A stretch of 64,000 nucleotides of DNA from Squalus acanthias (Eukaryota): NCBI GenBank assembly GCA_030390025.1, contig CM059438.1, forward strand, positions 61,754,001-61,818,000. Direction: 5' to 3'. Position 1 is the first letter of the stretch. The number at the start of each line of letters is the position of its first letter. A model generated the notes under the pieces. The model was not told the DNA's origin and made no database searches. It saw only the letters and a program-made list of their open reading frames with translations. Shown here piece by piece: positions 11,816 to 23,726 of this stretch. Position numbers and translations under genes: made by a program.

Positions 11816-13680
11816 CACAGATATTTTTTTTATTTGTTCCTGGGATGTGGGCGTCGCTGGCAAGGCCAGCATTTATTGCCCATCCCTAATTGCCCTTGTG
11901 ATGATGAGTCACCTTCTTGAACTGCTGTAGTCTGCATAGTAAAGGTACACCCACAGTGTTGTTAGGGAGGGAGTTCCAGGATTTTGACCCAGCGATTAAT
12001 TCGGAATTCGCCGATGATAATGCCGTTGAATGTCAAGAGGCGGTGGTTAGACACTCTCTTGTTGGACACTAGTCATTGCCTGGCACTTGTGAGGCGCGAA
12101 TGTTATTTGCCACTTATCAGTCCAAGCCTCAATGTCGTCCAGGTCTTGCTGCATGCGGGCATGGACTGCTTCATTATCTGAGGAGTTGCGAATGGAACTG
12201 AACACTGTGCAATCATCAGCGAACATCTCCACTTCTGATCTTATGATGGAGGGAAGGTCATTGATGAAGCAGCTGAAGATGGTTGGGCCTAGGATACTGC
12301 CCTGAGGAACTCCTGCAGCGATGTTCTCACCTCTGAAATTCAGCTCCTTTGTACATGTTTGGACCAAGGCTGTAATGAGGTCTGGAGCTGAGTGGTCCTG
12401 GCGGAACCCAAACTGAGCAGTGATGAACAGGTAATTGGTGAGTAAGTGCCACTTGATAGCACTGCCGACAACACCTTCCATCACTTTGCTGATGATTGAG
12501 AGTAGACTGATGGGCCGGATTGGATTTGTCCTGCTTTTTGTGGACAGGACACACCTGGGCAGTTTTCCACATTGTCAGGTAGATGCCAGTGTTGTAGCTG
12601 TACTGGAACAGCTTGGCTACAGGCCCGGCTAGTTCTGGAACACAAGTCTTCAGCACGATAGCTGAGATGTTGTCAGGGCCCATAGCCTTTGCTGTAACTA
12701 GTGCGCTCAGCCGTTTCTTGATATCACATGGAGTGAATCGAATTGTCTGAAGACTGGCTTCTGTGATGGTGAGGACCTCAGGAGGAGGCCGAGATGGATC
12801 ATCCACTCGGCACTTCTGGCTGAAGATGGTTGCAAACGCTTCAGCCTTGTCTTTTGCACTCACGTGCTGGGCTGCACCATCATTGAGGATGGGGATGTTC
12901 ATGGAGCCTCCTCCTCCTGTTAGTTGTTAATGGTCCACCACCATTCACGACTGGATGTGGCAGGACTGCAGAGCTTTGATCTGATCCGTTGGTTGTAGGA
13001 TCACTTAGCTGTGTCTACAGCATGCTGCTTCCGTTGTTTAGCATGCATGCAGTCCTGTGTTGCAGCTTCCCCAGGTTGGCACCTCATTTTTAGGTACGCC
13101 TGGTGCTGCTCCTGGCATGCTTTTCTACACTCCTCATTGAACCAGGGTTAGTCGCCTGGCTTGATGGTAATGGTAGAGTGAGGGATATGCCTGGCCATGA
13201 GGTTACAGATTGTGGTGGAATACAATTCTGCTGCTGCTGATGACCCACAGTGCCTCATGGATGCCCAGTTTTGAGCTGCTAGATCTATTCTGAATCTATC
13301 CCATTTAGCACGGTGGTAGTGCCACACAACACGATGGAGGGTATTCTCAGTGTGAAGACAGGACTTCATCTCAACAATGACTGTGCGAAGGTCACTGCTA
13401 CCAATACTGTAATGGACAGATGCATCTGCAACAGGTAGATTGGTGAGGACGAGGTCAAGTAGGTTTTTCCCTCGTGTTGGTTCTCTCACCACCTGTCGCA
13501 GGCCCAGACTGGCAGCTATGTCCTTCAGGACTCAGCCAGCTCAGTCAGTAGTGGTGCTACCGAGCCACTCTTGGTGATGGACATTGAAGTCCCCCACCCA
13601 GAGTACATTCTGTGCCCTTGCTACCCTCAGTGCTTCTTCCAAGTGATGTTCAACATGGAGGAGTACTGATTCATCAGCTG

Positions 13681-14148
13681 AAAGAAAAGAAAGACTTACA
13701 TTTATATAGCGCCTTTCACGACCACCAGATGTCTCAAAGCACTTTACAGCCAAATAAGTACTTTTGGAGTGTAGTCACTGTTGTAATATGGGAAACGCGG
13801 CAGCCAATTTGCGCACAGCAAGCTCCCACAAACAGCAAAGTGATAATGACCAGATGATTTGTTTTTTGTTATGTTGATTGAGGGATAAATAGTGGCCAGG
13901 ACACTGGGGATAACTCCCCTGCTCTTCTTCCAAGTAATGCCTTGGGATCTTTTACGTCCACCTGAGAGAGCGGACGGGGCCTCGGTTTAACATCTCATCC
14001 GAAAGACAGTACCTCCAACAGTAAAGTACTCCCTCAGCACTGCACTGCAGTGTCAATCTAGATTTACATGCTCAAGTCCCTGGAGTGGGACTTGAACCCA
14101 CAACCTTCTGACTCAGAGGTGAGTGTGCTACCCACTGAGCCACAGCTG
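13681..14148 (-). mobile_element. Full-length Deu-domain tRNA-SINE (SacSINE1-like)
   Basis: A/B boxes, Deu-like core, L2-like tail; CAGCTGA on both sides is a probable TSD. Confidence 0.88.
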
Positions 14149-14415
14149 AGGGAGAGCGGTAGGTGGTAATCAGCAGGAGGTTTCCTTGCCCATGTTTGAC
14201 CAAGTCCCCAGATGTTAGTGAGGAGGACTTTGCAGGGTCAACTGGGCTGGGTGTGCCTTTGTCATGTCCGAAGCCGGTGCTGATGTCGATGCCGGGGGTC
14301 CGTCCGGTTTTATTCTTATTGTTGTTTCTTGTAGCAGTTTGTTACAACTGAGTTAACAACAGAAAGTGCTGGAAAAACTCAGCAGGCCAGGCAACGTCCG
14401 TGGAGAGAGAAACAG

Positions 14416-14452
14416 AGTTAACGTTTCAGGTCGAAGACCCTTCGTCAGAACT
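14416..14452 (-). ncRNA. Minimal type-I hammerhead ribozyme motif (inverted pLTR copy)
   Basis: Minus strand reads AGTT-CTGACGA-AGGGTC-TTC-GACCT-GAAA-CG-TT-AACT. Confidence 0.75.
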
Positions 14453-15670
14453 GAGAAAAAAGCAGTTGGTTATTGACCAACATTCACTACAAGCCCACTG
14501 ACTTCCACAGCTACCTGGACTACACTTCCTCCCACCCCGTCTCCTGTAAGGACTCTATTCCCTTCTCCCAGTTTCTCCGTCTCCGCCGCATCTGCTCTGA
14601 TGATGCCACCTTCCATACCAGTGCTTCCGACATATCTTCCTTTTTCCTCAACCGTGGATTCCCCTCTACCGTGGTTGACATGGCCCTCGACCGTGTCTGT
14701 TCTATCTCCCGCACTTCTGCCCTCACCCCTGCCCCTCCCTCCCGGAACCACGATAGAGTTCCCCTTGTCCTCACCTTTCACCCCACCAGCCTCCACATTC
14801 AACGGATCATCCTCCGCCATTTCCACCACCTCCAGCGTGATCCCACCACCAAACACATCCTCCCCTCACCTCCCCTTTCAGCATTCCGTAGGGACCGCTC
14901 CCTCCGAGACACCCTAGTCCACTCCTCTATCACCCCCAGCACCCCTTCCCCTTCACCCGGCACCTTCCCGTGCAAGCGCAGGAGATGCAACACCTGCCCT
15001 TATACCTCCCCCCTTCCCACTCTCCAGGACCCCAAACACCCCTTCCAGGTGAAACAGCGATTTACTTGTACTTCTTGCAATCTAATATACTGTATTCGCT
15101 GCTCACGATGTGGTCTCCTCTACATTGGGGAGACCAAACGCAGATTGGGTGACCGCTTTGCGGAACACCTCCGTTCAGTCCGTAAGGGTGACCCCGAGCT
15201 TCCGGTCGCCTGTCACTTTAATTCTCCGCTCCACTCCCACTCTGATCTCACCATCCTCGGCCTCGTGCATTGTTCCACGGAAGCTCAGCGTAAGCTCGAG
15301 GAACAGCACCTCATCTTCCGATTAGGCACTTTACAGCCTTCCGGACTCAATATCAAGTTCAACAATTTCAGATCATATCCTCGGCCCCTACCATATGTAT
15401 ATATTATTTTTTTTATCCACACTTTTGGTTTGTGCCTTTTCCCTTTTTTTCTCTCTCCCACATGGCAGCTGTCTTTCATTCTGCCAGCGCATTTCACACT
15501 TCATCTAGAGCCATCTTTTGTTTCTTAACCTGTCCCATTACCATCTCGTCTCACCTTGAATATCTCTTAATGTCTCTTTACTCCTCACAGACCTCCCCTT
15601 TTGTTCTTTTATTCCCTCCCCCAGCCTCCAAACTTACTTTTTCATCTGTTTAATTTCCTGCTTTTTTCTC

Positions 15671-15707
15671 AGTTCTGACGAAGGGTCTTTGACCTGAAAC
15701 GTTAACT
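15671..15707 (+). ncRNA. Minimal type-I hammerhead ribozyme motif in Penelope pLTR
   Basis: AGTT-CTGACGA-AGGGTC-TTT-GACCT-GAAA-CG-TT-AACT: core boxes, helix II, helix I AGTT/AACT, palindromic ACGT in place of helix III. Confidence 0.75.
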
Positions 15708-16029
15708 CTGTTTCTCTCTCCACGGATGTTGCCTGGCCTGCTGAGTTTTTCCAGCGCTTTCTGTTGTTATTTCAGTTTTCCAGCATCTGCAGTATTTTGC
15801 TATTGTTACAACTGAGTGGCTTGCTAGGCCATTTCAGAGGGCAGTTAAGAGTCAACCACATTGCTGTGGATCTGGAGTCACATATAGGCCAGACCGGGTA
15901 AGGATAAAGGACACCAGTGAACCAGAAGGGTTTTTAATGACAATCTGGTAGAATTCATGATCACCATTACTGATATTAGCTTTTTATTTCAGATTTATTT
16001 AATTAACTGAATTTAAATTCCACAGTTGC

Positions 16030-16108
16030 CGTGGTGGGATTTGAACTCAAGTCTCCGGATTATTAGGCCTCTGGATTACTAGTCCAGTAACATAACCAGT
16101 ATGCTATC
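16030..16108 (-). promoter_or_regulatory. tRNA(Thr)-like Pol III head at the 5' end of the LINE
   Basis: A-box-like TAGCATACTGG; anticodon arm CTGGA-CTAGTAA-TCCAG (anticodon AGT); B box GAGTTCAAATCC at 16037-16048. Confidence 0.75.
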
Positions 16109-16119
16109 ATGGCCCATCA

Positions 16120-16989
16120 CCCATGGACACACACCCGGACACACACTCACACCCAGATACACACACACCCATAGACACACACCCATAGACACTCACACCC
16201 GTAGACATACACACCCGTAGACACACACACCCAAATATACACACACCCAGATACACACACATCCATATACACATCCACATACATGCACAGTCACAACAAC
16301 ACACCATACACACACACTCTTCAACCCATATACGCACATTAATATACATTCACACCCACGCACCCTAACACCCACACACACATCGCATATCTACACACAG
16401 TCATACCCTTACACACACCCATTCACAGCCATACACACTCACACAAATGTACATACACTCATAAGCTCACAAACGCAGGCACACTCACACACATGCACGC
16501 ACACTCGCATCCATATCCATACATACGCCCACGCCCAAACATTTAACCATCCATACACTCGCACATAATGAACACATACAAATCCATACACCAACACACA
16601 ACTCACAGAGACATGCACAGGCAGATGCGCTTATGCACACAGGTGCACCCCGTACATGCAGCCAGACACACAGATGTGTACGCACATGCACATAGGTATA
16701 CACACAAATAATCTAAACACCCACCAACACGCACACCCAAAAACACACACACACACACATGCATACACACACACATACACACCTACACACACACACACAC
16801 ACACATACACACATGCACACACACACACATGCACACACACACACACACATACACACACACACATACACACAGACACACATACACACACACACACACACAC
16901 ATACACACACACACACACACACATACACACACACACACACACACACCTACACACACACCTACACACACACGCACACACACACACACACA

Positions 16990-17021
<32 letters not shown>

Positions 17022-17148
17022 TACACACACATACACACACACATACACACACACATACACACACACACGCACACACACACACGCACACATACACACACAC
17101 ACACACATACACACACACATACACACACACATACACACACACATACAT
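16120..17148. repeat. (CA)n/(CATA) microsatellite region, purest at 16740-17148
   Basis: Direct reading of the sequence. Confidence 0.97.
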
Positions 17149-17799
17149 GTGGCTGGATGGCGAGAGACCTTTAAAGAGATGCAGGTGTGCCCAGGTCTAG
17201 AAGTAACTAAGGAAAGTAATAGGGACCAGTTTCAGGAGACTCTGGCCCTGGATTGGGTTGAATTTTAGAATGTTAAAGCAAAGCATGAATTCTCTCTCCA
17301 CGCGCTGAGACACTCTCCCACCGGAGTTACACGGGCTTTGATGCTGCACTTGGGCGTAATTGGGCACTTACTCAGAAATAGTATTCATGGTTAGATTGAC
17401 CTTTGAAGAAAATGACTGCTCGGTATTAAACATAACTGCTGCTCTTGACATACACACTCCTTTGTGATTACATCAGCTATTTTGAGCGATTTATGCAGGA
17501 TAATTGCATTAGTCATTTGGACTTGAAGAAAATAATATTTTGCTGGGATGATTTCCCAAACGTCTTCAAAGAGAGATTGAAGTTTGCATAATGGGTGTCT
17601 TTGTACTGCGGTTGGGACAGATTCTTACTTTAATGTCACTGAACACTGGGGCTAATACTGTTTGCTTGACATTTTAATACTACCATTCCCTTTTATACAC
17701 AATGACTAATTGAGGCCTCAAGGTTGCATCAGTCTTACAAAGTAAATATACTTGTTTTAATTGGAAACTCTGCATTAGACACTGATCATTCACTCATGG

Positions 17800-18990
17800 T
17801 GCAATGCTGCTCATACAACTGTTTGTATGTATGTAATGAGGATGTCCAATTGTGGGCAGCTAGGTCTGCCCTTACTCTGTCCCACTTGGCATAGTGGTAA
17901 TGCCACACTCCACGTGGCAGGAAGTCCTCATGTTGGAGGCAAGACTTTGCCTTCACAGTGGCTGGAGTCACACCTGCTGTTGTGGTTGTCGGAGGCCAGC
18001 CATCACAGCCCCAGGACATCGCTGCAGGAGTTCCTCCCCAAAGTATCCTCAGCCCAATCATCTTTGGCTTCTGCTTCATCAATGACCTTCTCTCTGTCAT
18101 AGGGTCAGGAATGGAGCTGTTCACTGATAATTCCACAGTGTTCAACTCCATTCACAACTCCTACAATTGTGAAGCAGCTCATGACAACGTTTGTAGGGCT
18201 GAAGAAATGGCTGTTAACATTCGCGCCACATAAGTGCCAGATAATGATTATCTTGAGCAATAGAAAGCCCTACCATTTCCTCTTGACCTTTAAAGACCAC
18301 TATCGCCAAGTGCCCCATCGCCAACACCTTGGGGTGGCACCATTGACCAGAAGCTGAATTGGACCAGCCATATCGACACCGTAGCTACAAGAGCAGGCCA
18401 GAGGCTGGGTGATCAGTGACGAGTGGCACACCTCAATGCCTATCCACCATTTACAAAGCTCAAGTCAGGATTGTGATGAAATAATCACCACTCACCTGAA
18501 TGGGAGCAGCTGCAACAACAGCCATCACTCAAGATGCTTGATACCATCCAGGGCAGAGCAGTTTCACTCAATCAGTGCCCCTGCCACTGGACTCAATATC
18601 CACCCTCTCCATCACTGCCACATGGTGGCTGCAGTATGTGCAATCTACAGGATGCACTTCAGGAATTCACCAAGGATTACTTCGACAGCAACTCCCTCCC
18701 CTGCAACCTCCACCACCAAGAAGGAAAAAAGCGGTAAGTAATGTTGGAGGAATACCATCACCTCCAGGTTCCCCTCCAAGTCACACATCATTCTGGCTTG
18801 GACATGAATTGCCGTTCCTACATTGTTGCTGGGTCAGTGGCCTGGTAATCCATCACTGACACCATTATGGGGGCAGCATCACCACATGGAGTACACCACC
18901 TCAACACCACCTTTGAGGGGCAATTAGCGATGGGCAATAAATGCCAGTCTTGCCAGATTCACACACATACTGAGGATACATTTTAAAAAG
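17800..18990 (+). mobile_element. Old copy of the 11822-16108 LINE family with an inverted 5' piece
   Basis: Plus strand QDIAAGVPPQSILSP and family 3' tail; minus strand 17800-17957 encodes VWHYHYAKWDRVRADLAAHNW. Confidence 0.8.
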
Positions 18991-18996
18991 ATCAGT

Positions 18997-21900
18997 GTTC
19001 AATAACTTTATTCAATGTGCTATATCATTATTCAATATTCAATATCTTTATCCAATATTCAATATCTTTATTCAATATCTTTATTCAATATTCAATATCT
19101 TTATCCAATAATCAATATCTTTATTCAATATCTTTAGTTCAATATTCAATATCTTTCTTTAATATCTTTATTTAATATCTTTATTCAATATCTTTATCCA
19201 ATATCTTTATTCAATATTCAATATCTTCATCCAATATTCAATATCTTTATTCAAGATTCAATATCTTTATTCAAGATTCAATATCTTTATTCAATATCTA
19301 TTCAATATCAATTTTATTCAATATTCAATATCTTTATTCCAGATTCAATATCTTTATTCAATATCTTTATTCAATATTCAATATCTTTATTCAATAAAGA
19401 GCATTGTGCAAATGTCTGCGACTACCTGTCGCGAAAGTTTCAGCCTCCTTTGGCACTGCTGCTCAGTCATGTTGAGGAAGCTCATCCTCTGCGTGTAAAC
19501 CCTGTGTTTGGGGTATCTCCTGCGGCACCGTGCAGCCCTGCGCTGATGCCCTCTGCCCTGTGCAGCAGCAGGTGGTTGAGGAGAAGGTTGCCGCTCTTGT
19601 TGTTGTTGCTGCTGGTGTGCCTAGTTCTGCTGCTGCTGCGGCTGATCATGGTCAGATTCAGCGTTGAGAGTGTATAAATCATTCCCATTCTACTGTTATA
19701 TATGGCAGGTGAGGATGAGATGTTAAAAGCAATCAGTCAATGGGGAGAGAGGTTATTCCAAGGAGGTGACAGTGGATATAGAGTTTACACCACACACTTA
19801 CAACCTCAATATAGATCAAATGTGCCTTCCAAATCCTGAAATCAGCAACTTCTGACACTGGAAAGTGAACAGATGTGAAATGTTAGCTTTTATACTGCAG
19901 TTGCAGGTGTGAACTATTCAGCTCGATCGTACTCCTGACCTACTTACCTGACATGATCTTCGAACGACGTGAACCCCGTTAAAAATGTGGTAAAATAGAA
20001 ATAGGCTGGCAAAATAGTAGTTAACAAGCGTTCAACAAGCATTTAACTATTTAAATGCCTCCCCCGCCACTTGGTGTCGGGTCTGTTCTGCAATCGCAGA
20101 CCCGACACTTTGGAAACTTAAATGGAGGCAGGTTCGGAGCGGGCTCCCAACCCGCTGTCAATCATGTCAATCATTTTGACAGCGGACCCGCCTCCGAACC
20201 CATCCTCTGAGCGGGCCCTTTATTCAATATTCAATATCTTTAGTTCAATATTCAATATCTTTAGTTCAATATTCAATAGCTTTATTCAATATTCAATATC
20301 CAATATCTTTATTCAATAGCTTTATTCAATATTCAATATCTTTATCCAATATCTTTATTCAATATCTTTATTCAATATTCAATATCTTTAGTTCAATATT
20401 CAATCTCTTTATTCAATATTCAATATCTTTAGTTCAATATTCAATAGCTTTATTCAATATTCAATATCCAATATCTTTATTCAATATTCAATATCTTTAT
20501 TCAATAGCTTTATTCAATATTCAATATCTTTATTCAATAGCTTTATTCAATATTCAATATCTTTATCCAATATCTTTATTCAATATCTTTATCCAATATC
20601 TTTATTCAATATTCAATATCTTTAGTTCAATGTTCAATATCTTTATTCAATATTCAATATCTTTAGTTAAATATTCAATATCTTTAGTTAAATATTCAAT
20701 ATCTTTATTCAATATACAATATCTTTAGTTCAATATTCAATATTTTTATTCAATATTCAATATCTTTATTCAATATTCAATATCTTTAGTTCAATGTTCA
20801 ATATCTTTATTCAACATCTTTATTCAATATTCAATATCTTTATTCAATATCTTTATTCAATATTCAATATCTTTAGTTCAATATTCAATATCTTTATTCA
20901 ATAGCTTTAGTTCAATATTCAACATCTTTATTCAATATCTTTATTCAATATTCAATATCTTTATCCAATATCTTTATTCAATATTCAATATCTTTAGTTC
21001 AATGTTCAAGATCTTTATTCAAGACCTTTATTCAATATCTTTATTCAATATTCAATATATTTAGTTCAATGTTCAATATCTTTATTCAATATTCAATATC
21101 TTTATTCAATAGCTTTAGTTCAATATTCAATATCTTTATTCAATATTCAATATCTTTAGTTTCAATATTCAATATCTTTAGTTTCAATATTCAATATCTT
21201 TATTCAATATTCAATATCTTTATCCAATATCTTTATTCAATATTCAATATCTTTAGTTCAATGTTCAAGATCTTTATTCAAGATCTTTATTCAATATTCA
21301 ATATCTTTATTCAATATCTTTATTCAATATTCAATATCTTTATTCAATATCTTTATCCAATATCTTTATTCAATATCTTTATCCAATATCTTTATTCAAT
21401 ATTCAATATCTTTAGTTCAATGTTCAATATCTTTATTCAATATTCAATATCTTTAGTTCAATATTCAATATCTTTATTCAATATACAATATCTTTAGTTC
21501 AATATTCAATATTTTTATTCAATATTCAATATCTTTATTCAATATTCAATATCTTTAGTTCAATGTTCAATATCTTTATTCAATATCTTTATTCAATATT
21601 CAATATCTTTATTCAATATCTTTATTCAATATTCAATATCTTTAGTTCAATATTCAATATCTTTATTCAATAGCTTTAGTTCAATATTCAACATCTTTAT
21701 TCAATATCTTTATTCAATATTCAATATCTTTATCCAATATCTTTATTCAATATTCAATATCTTTAGTTCAATGTTCAAGATCTTTATTCAAGACCTTTAT
21801 TCAATATCTTTATTCAATATTCAATATATTTAGTTCAATATTCAATATCTTTATTCAATATTCAATATCTTTAGTTTCAATATTCAATATCTTTAGTTTC

Positions 21901-22468
21901 AATATTCAATATCTTTATTCAATATTCAATATCTTTAGTTCAATGTTCAAGATCTTTATTCAAGATCTTTATTCAATGTTCAATATCTTTATTCAATATT
22001 CAATATCTTTATTCAATATTCAATATCTTTATTCAATATCTTTAGTTCAATATTCAATATCTTTATTCAATATTCAATATCTTTAGTTCAATATTCAATA
22101 TCTTTATTTAATATTCAATATCTTTAGTTTAATATTCAATATCTTTATTCAATATCTTTATTCAATATTCAATATATTTAGTTCAATATTCAATATCTTT
22201 ATTCAATATTCAATATCTTTATTCAATGTTCAATATCTTTATTCAATATCATTATTCAATATTCAATATCTTTATTCAATGTTCAATATCTTTAGCTCAA
22301 TATTCAATATCTTTATTCAATGTTCAATATCTTTAGTTCAATATTCAATATCTTTATTCAATATTCAATATATTTAGTTCAATATTCAATATCTTTATTC
22401 AATATTCAATATCTTTATTCAATGTTCTATAGCTTTATTCAATGTCCAATATCTTTATTCAATATTCA
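18997..22468. repeat. AT-rich satellite of mixed TATTCAA / TATTCAATATCTT / TAGTTCAA units, interrupted at 19399-20218; remnants at 23682-23726 and 24592-24606
   Basis: Direct reading; 7-, 13-, 20- and 21-bp periodicities. Confidence 0.95.
19399..20218 (-). mobile_element. PIF/Harbinger transposon 5' fragment with transposase N-terminus pseudogene (19399-19688)
   Basis: Minus strand MGMIYTL (frameshift) ...QQQQERQPSPQPP...RRRYPKHRVYTQRMSFLNMTEQQCQRRLKLSRQVVADICTML, resembling the HARBI1-like transposase N-terminus; one stop and one frameshift. Confidence 0.8.
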
Positions 22469-22469
22469 T

Positions 22470-22917
22470 TGGCCCTGAATGTGCGGTCAGAGGCTACCCG
22501 CGGGGAAATGCCTCCAATCCACAAATAAAATGCCCGCGTACCTGGTGGTCCGGGAGGTACTGAGACTCGCGGTCCTGGGCCTCTCCGGGTACCCACGGGT
22601 AGAGGCCCATGTATCTCCATTCATGCTTATGGGGATTCCGTACGTACAGAAACCCCATAAGCATGAATGGGAATACCCCCAAAAATACACCTAGACATCA
22701 AATAAATAAAAGAAAACCATCACATATTTAAAATTAATTAAAATGGCATTTAATTAAATATTTAAAACAAAAATTTAATTTTTTGAAAAATAAATTTGCA
22801 TGTTTAAAATGGTCTAAAAATAAACTTACCTTATTGTACAGGTTTTTAAATGTATAAATTATTGATAAAATTTATTTTTATGTTTTTTAAAACTCTTACG
22901 CTGGTAAAAGCAGACCC
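22470..22917. mobile_element. Truncated non-autonomous DNA transposon (Harbinger-like) with internal palindromes
   Basis: Starts GGCCCTGAAT; GC-rich subterminal region followed by an AT-rich interior; hairpins at 22576-22609 and 22617-22670. Confidence 0.55.
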
Positions 22918-22920
22918 AAT

Positions 22921-23681
22921 GGGGGAAAAATTCAGCTGCTTGCGCCTCCCGTTAGCGCCTTAAGAGGGCGCTAATGGGGCGTAAAGCAGCTAACGCCCGG
23001 GCGCAGCGCCGCCCACGCCTCCCGAAAAATTTAGTGGGAGGTTAGCGGCGGCGGCAGCCGGTAGCGCCCTGTGGCGCTGCGCCGCCGGCGATGACGTCAT
23101 CGCCGTGCGCAGCACCCCGCTCGCGCCCCGGCCGTGATCTTCAGTCGCGCCCCCTGATTTACCGCCAGACGCTATGTCCGACGGGTTCAGGGAGGCGTAC
23201 GTGCGGCCGTGGCGGCGATATTTAAAGGGGAGGTGGCAGGCGGCCATTTTTGTTGCTGGCCGCCTGCCAGCACCTGCCCCCGGCCCCCGTGAAGCCCCCC
23301 CACCGTGAAGTGCCGGCTGCGCTCCAAGAGCCCGGCACTTCTCTTGAGTGCCGGGCTCTTTTGCCGGCACTCCCGATCCCTGGGGGCCCAGCTGGGCCCC
23401 GGTTCGCGCTGCGCAGGGTCCCTCCCCTTTAAGAAGGGGAGGAAGGCCTGCAATACCGCGGCGCGACGTGCCGCAGCGCGTGGCGCTGCGGCACGTAGCG
23501 CCAGGATATTCACTCGCAGCGCCCCAAGAGGGATGCGGGGTGCTTCCAGTGGCGCCCCGCTTCCCTCTTGGGGCGCAACCACTGAAGTTCCGGCGCGGGG
23601 CCGCTAATTTTTTCGGGGCGCTAAAAGTCGCGCCCCGGCGAGGTTAGCGCCCCAAATGGGGCGCGACTCAATTTTTACTCC
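22921..23681 (-). mobile_element. GC-rich non-autonomous Harbinger-type element
   Basis: TIRs GGGGGAAAAATT / AATTTTTACTCC; flanks AAT / ATT (probable 3-bp TSD); termini are the reverse complement of those of 23727-24591. Confidence 0.75.
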
Positions 23682-23726
23682 ATTATCTTTAACTCAATGT
23701 CCAATATCTCTAATTCAAAATCCAAT

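Larger units (their letters stand above)
14354..15804 (+). mobile_element. Penelope-like element, 5'-truncated (RT C-terminal part and GIY-YIG endonuclease), with inverted partial pLTR
   Basis: ORF 14473-15528: HYKPTD, LIYCIRCSRCGLLYIGET, RFAEH, PSGLN; 14354-14470 is the inverse of ~15655-15770; TSD TTGTTACAACTGAGT at 14339-14353 and 15803-15817. Confidence 0.95.
11822..16108 (-). mobile_element. APE-RT LINE (CR1/L2 group, distinct family), internally deleted, with tRNA-like 5' head; interrupted by a SINE and a Penelope element
   Basis: KVLLTNIWGL, VGDFNVHH, PTRGKNLLDLV, KAMGPDNI, GVPQGSILGP, MFADD; 3' tail GGGATGGGCAATAAATGCTGGCC...poly(A); sequence is contiguous across the Penelope TSD. 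Confidence 0.85.

Noticed and set aside
16107..17268. His/Thr- and Cys/Val-rich ORFs
   Set aside because: Translations of the (CA)n microsatellite.
19450..19677. Small membrane-protein-like ORF with a poly-Leu run (+ strand)
   Set aside because: Antisense of the CAG/CAA-rich Harbinger transposase leader.
21069..21497. 142-aa hydrophobic ORF
   Set aside because: Chance open frame in the AT-rich satellite.
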